The notes under the pieces: generated by a model
What the model was told of the DNA's origin: nothing
The model's database searches: none
Seen by the model: only the letters and a program-made list of their open reading frames with translations
Part shown: in pieces, positions 50,791 to 63,876 of the stretch
Numbering within the stretch: position 1 is the first letter of the stretch
Layout of the letters: each line of letters begins with the position of its first letter
Translations under genes and position numbers: made by a program
Origin: Octopus bimaculoides
Taxonomy: Eukaryota
DNA: 64,000 nt
Direction: 5' to 3'
NCBI RefSeq assembly: GCF_001194135.2
Contig: NC_068983.1
Coordinates: forward strand, 11,058,011 to 11,122,010

Positions 50791-53005
50791 AAAAACAAAT
50801 GGAACTTTGATTATTAAGTCTGCTCAATCAGAGCTGACTTAGGGCTATAAATGCAAATGAGAAGTAAGACATGAAGTGTATTACGTATCCATTTTGAAGG
50901 TTTCTCACCATTTCCAAAATTAGATGTAACTTAAGTGATTCAAACATAAGATATGCATGTAGATCTTGTACAGCTAGTGTTAATTGACCACACAAATTTG
51001 AACCTTTTATCTTAGTTTCCCAGAATAGTTATTTTGGCATTATTTTTAATTGTTTTCTTATTATTAATTACCTTTTTTTTTTAATTTAATCTTTCATTTC
51101 CTTATGAAAATTCATTAGAATGTGCTGAAATTCTATCTTTTAGCAAGAGTGCATGGAGAAAAATTTCAAAATTGTTAATTGAAATAAAGTAACAATGTTG
51201 AATTACTTCTAGTTCTCTAAATTTTGCTGATTCGATATTTGTGAGAGTCAACAGACTTTCACATTGAATTTAAAATGAAACTGGCTTTCCTTTTTATTTT
51301 TATCATTTCAAGTTTAAAAGTTGTAACACTTCTGGTATTTAAAAATTTATTCAAAATTCATTGACTTTATTTTTATGCTATTATTTCATTTAGGTAAAAA
51401 GTTGTTGCAATTCTTCATAGAAATCCAAAATTCCTCCTGGTCACCTTATTTCAACAGAGTACTGCCAGCTTATGTAGCACTTACTCTCTTTTACTCTTTT
51501 AATTGTTTCAGTCATTTGACTGTGGCCATGCTGGAGCACCGCCTTTAGTCGAGCAAATCGACCCCAGGACTTATTCTTTGGAAGCCTAGTACTTATTCTA
51601 TTGCGCTCTTTTGCCGAACCGCTAAGTTACGAGGACGTAAACACACCAGCATCGGTTGTCAAGCGATGTTGGGGGGACAAACACAGACACACAAACACAC
51701 ACATACATATATATACAACGGGCTTCTTTCAGTTTCCGTCTACCAAATCCATTCACAAGGCTTTGGTTGGCCTAAGGCCATAGTAGAACACACTTGCCCA
51801 AGATGCCACGCAGTGGGACTGAACCCAGAACCATGTGGTTGGTAAGCAAGCTACTTACCACACAGCCACTCCTACGCCTACTTGTAAATTTATTTTTCAG
51901 TGACTGATTGTTCCTGCTCTACAATGTCTAATATGAGGTTATTGTTTTGTTTAGCTCTTCATTGGCCATGACCATCCTGTCATTTTAGAAGTATCTACTT
52001 CTACATTATTCAGTGTACCCTTCTGTTTTGCACGAAGGGAAGGCATAGTTTGTAGATTTTGCTGCTATTTCTAGCAATTAAACAACAGCATAGATCAATC
52101 ATGGATAACCTACAGCCCACGGGATCTTCTGAATGGCATACCTAACAAAAAATTACCTTTAGATTTTTTTTTTTCTTTTTAGTAGTTTGGCTGGCCCACT
52201 TAATGAAGAGCCATATCTCATGTGACCTGCTTCAAAAAGATTGCCCCCTTCTGATACAGGTTCTTCCTTTTTGGCTTAACCACATAAGATGTTTAGATTG
52301 CATGTAAATAACACATCATCATCATCATCATCATCGTCTTCGTCGTCGTCGTTTAACGTCCGCTCTCCATGCTAGCATGGGTTGGACGATTTGACTGAGG
52401 ACTGGTGAAACCAGATGGCTACAGCAGGCTCCAATCTGATTTGGCAGAGTTTCTACGGCTGGATGCCCTTCCTAGTGCCAACCACTCAGAGAGTGTAGTG
52501 GGTGCTTTTACATGCCACCGGCACGAGGGCCAGTCAGGCGGTACTGGCAACGGCCACGCTCAAGATGGTGTATTTTATGTGCCACCTGCACAAGAGCCAG
52601 TCCAGGGGCACTGGCAACGATCTCGCTCGAAAATCCTACGAAGGCCAGTTAGGCGGTACTGGCAACAGCCACGCTCAAAATGGTGTATTTTATGTGTCAC
52701 CCGCATAAGAGCCAGTCGAGGAGCACTGGTAACGATCTTGCTCGAAAGTCCTTAGACATGCCGCGGGCACAAGTGCCAGAAAGGCGATGCTGGGCACAGG
52801 TGCCGTCACAAATTCGCTTTCACTTGCCCCAATAAGTCTTCACAAGCTGAGTTTAGTGTCCAATTTAACTCGATTTCGATTTCACTTGCCTCCTGTACAT
52901 AAAGTCAGGGAGTAATAAAACATACATTACTTTATTTTATTAAACAAAAACTCTGCTGCTAACTCTGTTTCCTAAACGTTTTTTTCTTTCCTCTTACTTT
53001 CACAG

Positions 53006-53277
53006 CATCTGTCGATGACCACTTTGCAAGATCACTAGGGAATAGCACGTGGACGAATTTGAAGTCTAAGACTGATGTATTGATTGAATCGGTGGACGAC
53101 CATTTTGCAAAAGCACTCGGAGACACCTGGCATCGAATCAAAGCCGAGCAGGAGAACCACTGTAACTCATCACGGTCGTCTTCACCCTTGCAGCTGCAAT
53201 CACAGCCGTCATCACAGCCGTCATCACAGACAGCAGCACAGCAGCAGCAGCAGCAGACGCCGCTTGTCTCAACATAG
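53006..53277 (+). CDS. VGLL4: VGLL4-like terminal coding exon with two TDU motifs (SVDDHFARSLGNSTW and SVDDHFAKALGDTWHRIK), stop TAG ending at 53277
   Basis: Long pyrimidine tract ending cacag at 53005; G|CA makes Ala in frame with the previous exon. SVDDHFAKALGDTW is identical to the vertebrate VGLL4 TDU2 core. Spliced length from 40781 is 442+117+272=831 nt, a whole number of codons. Confidence 0.95.
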
Positions 53278-53398
53278 TCTCGAGTTGAGTTGCTGCCTGT
53301 ACGTCCATCCGTCTGCTTGTGAACTGAAATGCATTGTTGACTATTATAAAGAACAATTTTATGTGTGAAATTGTGCGTGTGCATCTATATGTGTAGGC

Positions 53399-53441
<43 letters not shown>

Positions 53442-54019
53442 AATACATTTACCAACTACAGAAATGTAGCAATATTGTATATATATCTATGCAAGCGATC
53501 TCTCTTTCTCTCATATATGTCTCCCTCTCCTTTCTTCTCAGTTTCTCTCTTTTGCTCTTGGAATACCTTCAATACTTGAATATATGAATGCAGTTATGGA
53601 AGGAAACATTTTTGTGTTTTGTGAGTGGTTTACTTGAGTGAAAAACAAAAAAAAATGTCACTTCTGATTCCCTTTCTCTTTCATTCCCTCCAGTTCTCTT
53701 TCTCACTCTCTCTCTCTCTCTCTCTCTCTCCACACACAGACATACATACACACAAACACACAATTGTAGATGACATCTAAAGGAGCACATGTTCAAATTG
53801 ACATCTTTTGTCATTTGGCATCTTTGAGAGACACATGTGCAGAGTGGTATTTGTTTCTGATGTGTCGTCCAAGAGATGACTGGATGGGTGGATAAACTGT
53901 ACCTTGTGTTTTCAGTACAACACTAAAGTTTTTCATCTTCACACAAAACAAGTCTGCTTGAAGGGGTAGAGATAGGTCGTCTCTAGAAGATTTGAACTCA
54001 AGCATTGCAAGCCATCCAT

Positions 54020-54626
54020 AAACAGACTCCTCCTGCCTCTGCTGTAAGATTTGTCCATTGACAGAGCTCAAACTGACTCCTCCTGCCTCTGTTGTAAGAT
54101 TTGTCCATTGACAGAGTCAAACAGACTCCTCCTGCCTCTGTCATAAGATTTATCCATTGACAGAGTCAAACGGACTCCTCCTGCCTCTGTTGTAAGATNN
54201 NNNNNNNNCTGTAAGATTTGTCCATTGACAGAGCTCAAACTGACTCCTCCTGCCTCTGTTGTAAGATTTGTCCATTGACAGAGTCAAACGGACTCCTCCT
54301 GCCTCTGTCATAAGATTTATCCATTGACAGAGTCAAACGGACTCCTCCTACCTCTGTTGTAAGATTTGTCCATTGACAGTCAAACGGACTCCTCCTGCCT
54401 CTGTTGTAAGATTTATCCATTGACAGAGCTCAAACTGACTCCTCCTGCCTCTGTTGTAAGATTTGTCCATTGACAGAGTCAAACGGACTCCTCCTGCCTC
54501 TGTTGTAAGATTTATCCATTGACAGAGTCAAACGGACTCCTCCTGCCTCTGTCATAAGATTTATCCATTGACAGAGTCAAACGGACTCCTCCTGCCTCTG
54601 TTGTAAGATTTATCCATTGACAGAGC
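54020..54626. repeat. ~49-bp minisatellite, about 12 units plus a 10-N gap
   Basis: Unit aaacggactcctcctgcctctgttgtaagatttgtccattgacagagtc (starts at 54286 and 54335) with 47-50 bp variants. Confidence 0.95.
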
Positions 54627-56199
54627 TCGAACCAAGAGCACTTCTGTGAATAGACCAACACCCATCGATTTATCTCAAAGATGTTTCTCATTGAAGAATT
54701 ATTAATTGCCCCTCCCTATTAAAATGGTGGTTTTAATTGACATTTTAAGTATGCTGCATAATTAAATCATTAACAAACCCTCTACCTACATACATTACAA
54801 ATATCTTTAAAAATAATTTTTAGATAGCTGGTCAGTTTGATATTTATAATTTCCCTGCTCCTTCTATTTCCTTTCATTCTCAATATCTTTTAAGCTTCTA
54901 TTTTTTTTCCATTTTTCTTCTCCCTCCCCTTGTTTCTTTCTCTCTATCCATTTTATTCTCCTCGTCTTCTTGATTGTCTCCAGCTCTTCTCCATCAACTA
55001 AATCTCTTTCTTGTGTTTTTTGCCAAACTTCTTTTTCTTTTCTTTTTCCCTGTATTTTCTACACGCTCCATTGGACTCCATCTCTGTCTGTCAAGTCCTT
55101 TTGTATATTTTCAAAAATGTTTGTCACCATGTATATGTGATTGTCTGTATGTATGCATGTGAGAGGAAGGCTCTGTGAAAACAACACTGCTCTCTCCTAT
55201 CCACAAATTGAAACTATGCAACTTTCTTCTGTCTCTCGAATTAGTAATTCACTAAACAAGCTCCTTGTAAATTGGCATTAAAGGTCTGTGAATTTGTTTG
55301 CATGTATGTGTACATGTGGTGTGTAGCTGCCTATGAATAAAATATAATCACATACCTAAGCGCCCCCACAGAATCCTGTGGAGTGAATCTCTTGATGTTT
55401 GAAACTAAAGGGAAGAGGAAAATAAAAATATTGAAAAAAAAAAACAATAATATAAGAATTTCAAAGAATAAAACAAAAACTATTGTCTTTTTGTTCATTT
55501 GTTTTTGAGTTTTTTACTTTTTAGTTTTCAAATTTCATTCTATTTTAATATTTTGCTTTCTTTAATTCTATGCTTTCATGCTTTGTAGTTTCATTCCATG
55601 TATTAATTAATAAGCCTTTTACAAAGAAATTAATTTAAATTATTCTTAAAAGCATCGATCACTGAGACAGATTGCTGGCGCAGTCACTAAGGATTACGGA
55701 ATCACTGGTTAGTATTCTGTAAGGTGCTTGGTATTAGGAAGGGCAGCTAGCCATAAAAGCCATGCCAAAACAGACAGCGAAGTCTTCTGGTTTGCCAGCT
55801 CCTATCAAACCAGCCAACCCATGCAAAGAATCCTTTGGTTGACAGCTTCCTATTTTAAATTAGGATGGGATGGTGTTACTATTTCACTTAGAAGATTTAT
55901 AATCATTGGAAAATTTAGTTTATTATTATTATTATTATCACTCAGGTGGCAAATTGGCAGAATCATTAGCAAGTCAGACAAAATACTTAGTGGCAGAGCT
56001 TAAATCCTGCCAAGATCAACTTTGCCTTTCATTCTTTCAGAGTCGATAAAATAAAATACCAGTCAAGTACAGGGGTTGATGTAATGGACCTCCATCTTCT
56101 CAAAATTGCTACAATTTGAAACAATTATTATTATTATTATCACCACTATACTTGGTCATCCAGGTCAGATCTAGATAAAGCATTTGTTAGGTTAATGGT

Positions 56200-58100
56200 G
56201 CATCCAGAGATCTACAGTAAGCTATGATTGGACATATACAGGGGGCCCAGTTATTGCTGAATGTTCTTTCAGTGTAGAAATCTACAACAAATTAACAAAT
56301 AGTTAAAAATGACAGTTGTCAGAGTAATATTGATAAGATCTAGCAAAGAAGCTATGAAAGAAAAGGACAAGCTAGAAAGGGTGTTCCGACTGACATAGCA
56401 GCAAAAATTGACTCTTGACTATTTCTCTGGTGCAAAAGAAAGGTTGCTCTTAGACAAGAAGGTGCAGAAGTCATTTAGATGGCAGATACATAACATGGAA
56501 ACAAAGTTTTGATTGAGTATTTGACAGATCACAGCAAGTGTATGCTATTCAATTCTAGGCAGTGTGTGTGGTTTTTCCAGCAGTATTTTATCCTACTGAT
56601 TGCAGATACTAGTAAACTAAGTGCAGTGGGCTTTATTACCTACCTTGATGGCTCTCAGCAAAAAAGGTTGAATGTTGCATAAAATAACAGCAGCTGACAT
56701 ATGATTAGCAGTGAGTGGTTTTGTGAGAGACATTGCTTGATTTGGATGGTATGTGCTAAAAGCTTTATGGACATGCCACACTATTTCTCCTCTCTTGACA
56801 GATGTTTATCACAGTTGGTGACAGATTTGAATCTTTCCCTGCTGAGGAAGGACATGATATAAACAAAAGAGACATCATCTGCAATTTCTGACCCATAACT
56901 GTTGAATGCAGAATTTAAGATCTTGGCCAAGTTGGGAATGCAAATATAAGCACATACCTGCATTTTCAGCAAGTTTATCTACATCCTTAACCTCATGATA
57001 AAAAGTGAAGAGTTCTGGTAACAAACCTCACTTCAATGGAGCTCTAATCCACTGGGATCGTTCCAAAATCTTTGATAGAGCTGATTATAATTACTAGTCA
57101 ACCTTAACCTCATGATAAAAAGTGAAGAGTTCTGGTAACAAACCTCACTTCAATGAAGCTCTAATCCACTGGGATCGTTCCAAAATCTTTGATAAAGCTG
57201 ATTGTAATGACTAGTCAACAGTCCACTGTACAATGGCATTTGTTTCATAGTGAGACTAAATTTCTACCTATGGAAGCTTATTTTGAATCATATGCTTGGT
57301 GTGGCAAGGATGCCTTCTTATCATTTCTCTGGCTCTTGAACCCTTGTTGCAAAAGATAGAGATGTTGAGAAGCTTTTTGCTCAAGCTAAGATGAAAGAAA
57401 GCCATGTCAACTGCGTAGACGATGTTGCCATCATTCAAAATAAGGTGATCAGCATTCTACTGAAGGAATACAAGTTGGTGATAGATGCATGCATTAAGTA
57501 CCACATGTCAGTAGTTTGCACCTTAGCACATGGAGAGGTAAGTCCATGTTAGTCAGCATTATGAATCACTAGTTCTGAGATATTTGCTGTCTGGTTCAAG
57601 CCATACCTCTAAACAGAGAGGGACTGGGATGGGGTTATTGAATATGAGGGCTAGACTCACTCAGAAATGTTTCTCTGGCCAAATGGTCCATTTTGCTAAC
57701 AGCTGATGGAGAGCTCAGCTTGCAGTGATTGATAATATGCTGATGTTGCAGCATTTGTAGCGATAACAAGAAGTGGTCTCTTTGAAAGACATCAATCTCT
57801 GCATCCTGTAATATTGGTGATGTCCGTGCACAACACCAGTGTTAATGAGATTCAGGGGTATTGACACAAATCAACTGAACAGTCTTTGGTGGATGACCAT
57901 TATACCAGGAACTATCGACATCTTCAAAAAATCTCTTGCTTGGACAGTGGTAGCAAAGGGCATTGCTGGCTCTTGATGAGCTCACTAGATACAGCAGAAT
58001 TGAACTTGTCCAGGATATGTGCTGGACAATGAAACCATTCTGCACACAATTCAAGCATTTCTGACTAATGAAGTTTATTCAAACAACTGTTGTATTGTAT
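56200..58100 (+). mobile_element. Decayed L1/Tx1-type LINE ORF2 (reverse transcriptase) fragment; boundaries approximate
   Basis: Broken-frame RT motifs: PIT..NAEFKILAK (~56900), ALIHWDRSKIFDR (~57040), WQGCLLIISLALEPLLQK (~57300), CVDDVAII (~57415, YADD-like). Confidence 0.7.
56985..57218 (+). repeat. 117-bp tandem duplication inside the LINE remnant
   Basis: 56985-57101 and 57102-57218 differ at 4 positions by eye. Confidence 0.9.
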
Positions 58101-59566
58101 AACAGAGACAAAGCTATCAACTGAGTCCATAATGAGGATTGCTCTAGATTTTTGCTTCAACTAGTTTTTTCTTTATTTCATAGCTTTAGCAAAAAGACCT
58201 GTATGGGGCGGGGGTAAGATTAAAATGTTTGAAGAGAGACACTTGCCATCAAAGTGACACTGGGGTACAAATATATGAAGCCCAATATACCATCATGACT
58301 ACCTGTCTGGTAAGAGTACACTAGGCACATGCATCACAACCATATGTGTGCAACATGGTGATTTCACATCAAGATAAACAGCGCATGACCTTGCAGGTGG
58401 AATCCAGTTAGACTTTTCTTCAGGTTGAGTAGTTCACCCTACTGAAAAGGTCCTTGAATAAGGGTTGTTTAAGGATGTTGAATGAAATACCTATATTTCC
58501 AAAGATGAATTATTCAAACCCCAAAGAATTCCTCTCAACACATGGCCATGATGCTCCCCTGCTAGTCCTAAATTTCAGGCTTTGTGCGTTTCTCAGAAAC
58601 ATTATTATTATTATTATTATTTGTTTATACAATTTTTTTTTTTTTTTTTTTGCTGTTTATAGAGGATATGTTTACTTTTTAATCATTTCATTCCAAAATA
58701 TCTATACATACAGCAGCATCAACACTGTTGGCAGGAAGAAATCAACCCTACCTTTTTTTTTTTTTAATATAGATTTATTTCTTCTTCTAATGAAAACCAG
58801 GCCATTGTTGTTATTTGAGAAGGAAGTATTTAAAATTCCCTGGATTCCAATGTCTAAATCTCTTCTCTGATTTTTCAAAAGCTAATCTGAAGCAATAGGA
58901 ATTTTGAGATATTTTTCTAAAATCTACTTGAGTTCTCAAGACAAGAATCAACAAAATTGTTATTAATTGCTTAGAGCTCGTAATCTGAGATAATGAAGTA
59001 TGGTTAAGCATAATCAGAACCACCACCAACCCTGCCCATAAAATATAAGAGTATTTTAGTGCATAACTCTTACAAAGATTGAACCAAACTTCTAGCATTT
59101 CATAAATGTAGTTTATGAGATCGTATATGTTATGTGTGCGTGATCACAAAACTGTGACTGCGTATATGGGTTTTAATTAATTATTTCATTACTCTTAATA
59201 AAGAAAGAAATATTTTAATAAAGTATTTTGTTATTTGCTTTTTATGTTTAATATATTATTAGGAGGAGGAAGAAGGTGTCAAACTGGCAGAGTCGTTACT
59301 GCACCAGACAAAATGGTTAGCAGCATTTCTTCCAGTTCTTTATATTCTGAGTTCTAATGCAGCCAACGTTGACTTTGCCTTTCCTCCTGATAAAATAAGT
59401 ACCACTTAAGCCGCTGGGCCAGTGCAATTGATTTCCTTCTTCCTTCAATACTGCTGGCCTTTTGCCAAAATTAGAAAAGCTTGTTAGGCAGTGAATGAAT
59501 ACAGGAGTAAGTGAGCAAAATTGGCAGGACATTGGCTAAATGGCTTCTGATATACAGTAACCTCTA

Positions 59567-59800
59567 AGGTGGCGAGCTGGCAGAAACGTTAGCGCACTGA
59601 GCAAAATGCTTAGCGGTATTTTGTTTGCCGTTACGTCCTGAGTTCAAATTCCGCCTAGGTTGACTTCGCCTTTCATCCTTTCAGAGTCGATAAATCAAGT
59701 ACCAGTTACACACTGGGGTCGATGTAATCGACTTAATCCTTTTGTCTGTCCTTGTTTGTCTCCTCTGTGTTTAGCCCCTTGTGGGCAATAAAGATATAAG
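59567..59800 (+). mobile_element. SINE family B (tRNA head, gcctttcatcctttcggggtcgataaa..agtaccag central domain); representative of ~15 copies, e.g. + 4327-4558, 11035-11240, 32470-32705, 59810-60000; - 1590-1985, 16165-16393, 61000-61160
   Basis: Dispersed copies with gagttcaaattcc B-box; the 32470-32705 copy is nested in a family A copy. Confidence 0.88.
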
Positions 59801-60309
59801 AAACCTTACCATGCTATAAAAAATGCTTAGTGGTACTTCTTCCAACTTTAAGTTCTGAGTTCAAATTCCACCAGGGTCAACTTTGCCCTTCATCCTTCTA
59901 GAGGTTGATAAAATAAGTACCAGTTGTACACTGAAGTTGACATAATCAGCTTAGCCCCTCCCCAAAATTGCAGCCCTTGTGCTAGAATTTGAAACCAATA
60001 TTCAGTATCCTCCATTTCTTTTAGGAGGTCAAATCCAACATTTTATATGAGATTTTGTGCCAAGGTTAGGTGTCAATTTAGCACAGGTGTTTGAGCATCA
60101 TTTATTCCAACTTTCTGACCAGTAGTTTAGTGAGGAGGTGGTCTACCTCAGGTGATGCTTTTATGGTAATCTGCCTCAGGTGTTGCTTTTATGGTAGTCT
60201 ACCTCAGGTGATGCTTTCTGAGTCTGCTATAGAAATCTGCTTGGGCTTATTGGGGCTTGGTAGGATGTAACCTCAAGGGCTACTCATGCACGACATACAC
60301 TATCACTAT

Positions 60310-60480
60310 GGTCGGTTGGTTGGTTGGTTGGCTGGCTGGTTGGTTGGTTGGTTGGTTGGTTGGTTGGCTGGCTGGTTGGTTGGTTGGCTGGCTGGCTGGC
60401 TGGTTGGTTGGTTGGCTGGCTGGCTGGTTGGTTTGTTGGTTGGTTGGCTGGTTGGCTGGTTGACTTATTGGTTAGTTGGT
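60310..60480. repeat. (TGGT/TGGC)n tetranucleotide microsatellite
   Basis: Direct inspection; explains the WLVG-repeat ORFs. Confidence 0.95.
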
Positions 60481-61412
60481 TGTCTGGTATTCTATTGATG
60501 TTCTCACTAACAATAAATAAATACTAACAAACAGAGAGGAATAAAGTTGCATATTAAAGAGAATTTAATGCCAACTAATTGATGGTGCACATACTCAGAG
60601 TAAATTAGTATATTACATATCCTACTTAACCATATTCTCTAGTTTTAATCAGGTTTTGCTATGTTGCTTTCGGAATAATTACTTAATTCAGTATATAGTG
60701 TTTCCCTTGTTTTTAGATTTGGTGCCAAAACATATACATATATACAGAGGCACACACACACACACACAAAGAAAACAAATTATTTGTGAAACACGATAAA
60801 CAATAATAAGTGATGTATTGTCGTAATGTTGGCAGCAGAATCCAGTCTCAGAATCATCTCATTTTTGGTTCAGTTTCCTTTTTACAGATTCTAATGCTTA
60901 GATATGGCTCATTGCTAAAAGCATTCATTTAATTGATGTGGTGTATTGTATAAGAAAAAGTATTGAATTATTAAGCAAACAATTGAAGCTTAATTTAATT
61001 TGGTTTCAAATTTTGGCACAAGGCCAGCAATCTTGGGGAAGGGGAGAAGTTGATTACATCAACCCCTGGGCATAACTGGTACTTATTTTATCGACCCTAA
61101 CAGGCTGAGAGGCAAAGTGGACCTTGGTAGAACTTGAACTCAATGTAAAGATGGACAAGATTTAAAATATTAGTTGATTGTGAAATGTTGAGAGAGAAAA
61201 AAATGGCAAGAGTAGATAATCAAAATATATATTTTATCTTAAATAAAAAAAAAACAGGAAACTGGTATTTGAAACATTGGAGTGGAATAACCATTGACAG
61301 AGAAAATATGTAAGCATTTTCCCACTGGTTCTGGAAAAGCCTCATTTTTTAATATCATAGATAAGACGTGGTTATGTTTGTAATTACATTGATGTTTCTC
61401 TATGTACAATTA

Positions 61413-61882
61413 CCGTAAATCCTTGAGTATAATATGCAGGGGATTTTTAGGGGGCTGTACCCCTGAAAAACCTAAACCTTGTGTATAATACGCACCCCTT
61501 CTCTAACTTGAGTCAAGGAGGTGTATACAACGTCCTTGGTTTGTAAACATATATATGGTAACGTCCTTTATTATTATTGTATATATAACAATGCAAACGT
61601 GTAGCTTTTTTGTGCACTTTGTTTACAGAAAATATAGAAATAACAGTAATAACGTTAGTGAAAAATAAATATTAAGTAAATTGCCTTTACATATTTATCA
61701 CTATCAGTTACAATCCCGACATCACAAAATGCGTCTGAATAAACATTGCCGGACAGCAAATAGAGACTCGGACATTGCTTAGAAAATACTTTTCATTTTT
61801 AACCTCGTATTTAGTACGCACTAGGGATTTTGACCTTTAAATTTTGGGGGAAAAAATGCGGATTATACTCGAGCATTTACGG
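61413..61882. mobile_element. pogo/Tc2-like MITE
   Basis: TIRs ccgtaaatccttgagtataat / attatactcgagcatttacgg, flanked by TA on both sides; no ORF. Confidence 0.75.
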
Positions 61883-62659
61883 TATATATGCATGCATGTA
61901 TATACTAGATTGTTTACACTCCTACCATTATATGTAAGTGTTTGTATGTATGTATATCTGGCAGGATACAACATACGTATTAAATACCTGTACTGGAATC
62001 TGGTTTGACTTATATTGCATTGAAAATCATTTCCTTTTCTTTCACCTGTTTCAGTCATTAGACTGTGGCCATACTGGGGCATAACTCCCGTACTTATTTT
62101 TAAGGCTAGTACTTATTCTGTCAGTCTCTTTTGTCAAACTACTAAGTTATAGGGATGTAAAGAAGCCCACTCCAGTGGTCAACCAGTAGTGAGGGATTAA
62201 CACAAACACAGACACACACATGCATAAACACATACACATGCACACTCACGCACGCGCACATATGATGGGCTTTCTCAAATTTTTCATCTACCAAATTCAC
62301 TCGCAGAGCATTGGTCAGCTCAGGGATATTAGAAGAAGACACTTACTCAAAGTGTCATGCAGTGGAACTGAACCCCAAAGTCCATGTCCTTGGGAAGCAA
62401 GCTTCTCACCACACAATAATGCCCAGAGTTCAATTTTTGTAGCTTAAGTATTTTAGATGTAATTTGAGGAAATTGTGCTATCATCATCATGACATTCTTG
62501 AAACATGGTACAAGGTTGTTTAAAAAGATATTAACATCGAGTGTGGTGTGAAAAAATTGTTATTGTGGGAAACAGTTCTGTATTTTCCTATTATGCATTA
62601 GTGGAGTGGTGTCCTCATCTTGGTTGTTGCTTTCATTATGGGAGTAGCATAAGTGGATA

Positions 62660-62805
62660 AAGGTGCTAGTTAATGCAGTGCAGTCACCTAGAGTTTCTGA
62701 GTTCAGGCCCAGGCAAGGCACTAAGGTGAATCACAAGACACCTGAAGGAGGTGAAAGCAACAATCAAAATGAGGACACCTCTCTGACAAAATACATAATA
62801 TAATT
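62660..62805 (+). mobile_element. Highly decayed single relative of the 43.4-43.9 kb tRNA-head/hammerhead unit
   Basis: Same order of motifs: gagttc B-box-like, caagacacctgaagga, gaaa, atgaggaca, tgacaaa..aataat. Confidence 0.4.
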
Positions 62806-62869
62806 GCAGAATAGTTTTGATTGCTGGAGCATCACTGTTGTCTCTACATATGGTTATTATGGTAGTTTG

Positions 62870-62930
<61 letters not shown>

Positions 62931-63558
62931 ATTTATTATTGAGCATGCCACATGATCCATGCAGAATAGGTCTACCATCGAAAGAGTATGTTGAAACAGC
63001 TTTAAGGTCATATAGTGTATGTATGTATGTATGTATCTATCTATCCATCCATCCATCTATCTATCTATCTATCTATCTACCTATCTATTTATCTATCCAT
63101 CCATCCATCCATCCATCCGTCCATACATCCATCCATCCATCCATCTATCTATCTATTTATCTAACTATCTATGAACATATGCATGCATATATGCTCATAT
63201 GCATGAATGGATATACATATGTGCAAACATATGTATAATCACACATATCTACATATGTATGTATGCGAGGTCGATGTCAGTGCTGCTGGACTGGCTCCTG
63301 TGCAGGTGGCATGTAAAAAACACCATTTTGAGCGGGGCAGTTGCCAGTACCGCCTGACGGAAGTGAGTCCACTGCTCTGGCAGTGATCCCGCTCAGATGG
63401 TGCTGTTAGCGGGATCACTGGCATGGGTGCCAGTCATCGAATTTGGTTGTTTCAACCTCACTTGCCCTAACAGGTCTTCGCAAGCTGAGTTTAGTGTCCA
63501 ATGAAGGAGGGTTGGCATGGGTGCCAGTCATCGAATTTGGTTCGATTTTGATTTTGAT

Positions 63559-63675
63559 ATACAACATAATCCAATGTGACCTTTGTTCAGCCAGTAGTGT
63601 GTGGCTTGTATGAACCACTTTCATTCAAGCCACACATTACTCTCTATACAAAGGTCACATTGGATTATGTTGTAT
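63559..63675. repeat. 117-nt near-perfect hairpin (tiny MITE-like or hairpin RNA)
   Basis: 28-bp perfect IR 63559-63586/63648-63675; inner 16-bp stem 63593-63608/63626-63641 with one G.U; atgaa/ttcat closing stem. Confidence 0.85.
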
Positions 63676-63876
63676 TGTGTACATTATTACTCTTTTTACT
63701 TGTTTCAGTCATTTGACTGTGGCCATGCTGGAGCACCGCCTTTTGTCGAGCAAACCGACCCCAAGACTTATTCTTTGTAAGCCTAGTACTTATTCTATCG
63801 GTCTCTTTTTGCCGAACCGCTAAGTTATGGGGACGTAAACACACCAGCATTGGTTGTCAAGCGATGTTGGGGGGAC

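Noticed and set aside
54020-54626. CRISPR-like appearance of the 49-bp array
   Set aside because: No unique spacers, eukaryotic context, no cas genes; it is a minisatellite.
56985-57218. 117-bp duplication as an assembly artefact or a functional repeat
   Set aside because: Four differences between copies suggest a real but old duplication inside a dead LINE; no sign of function.
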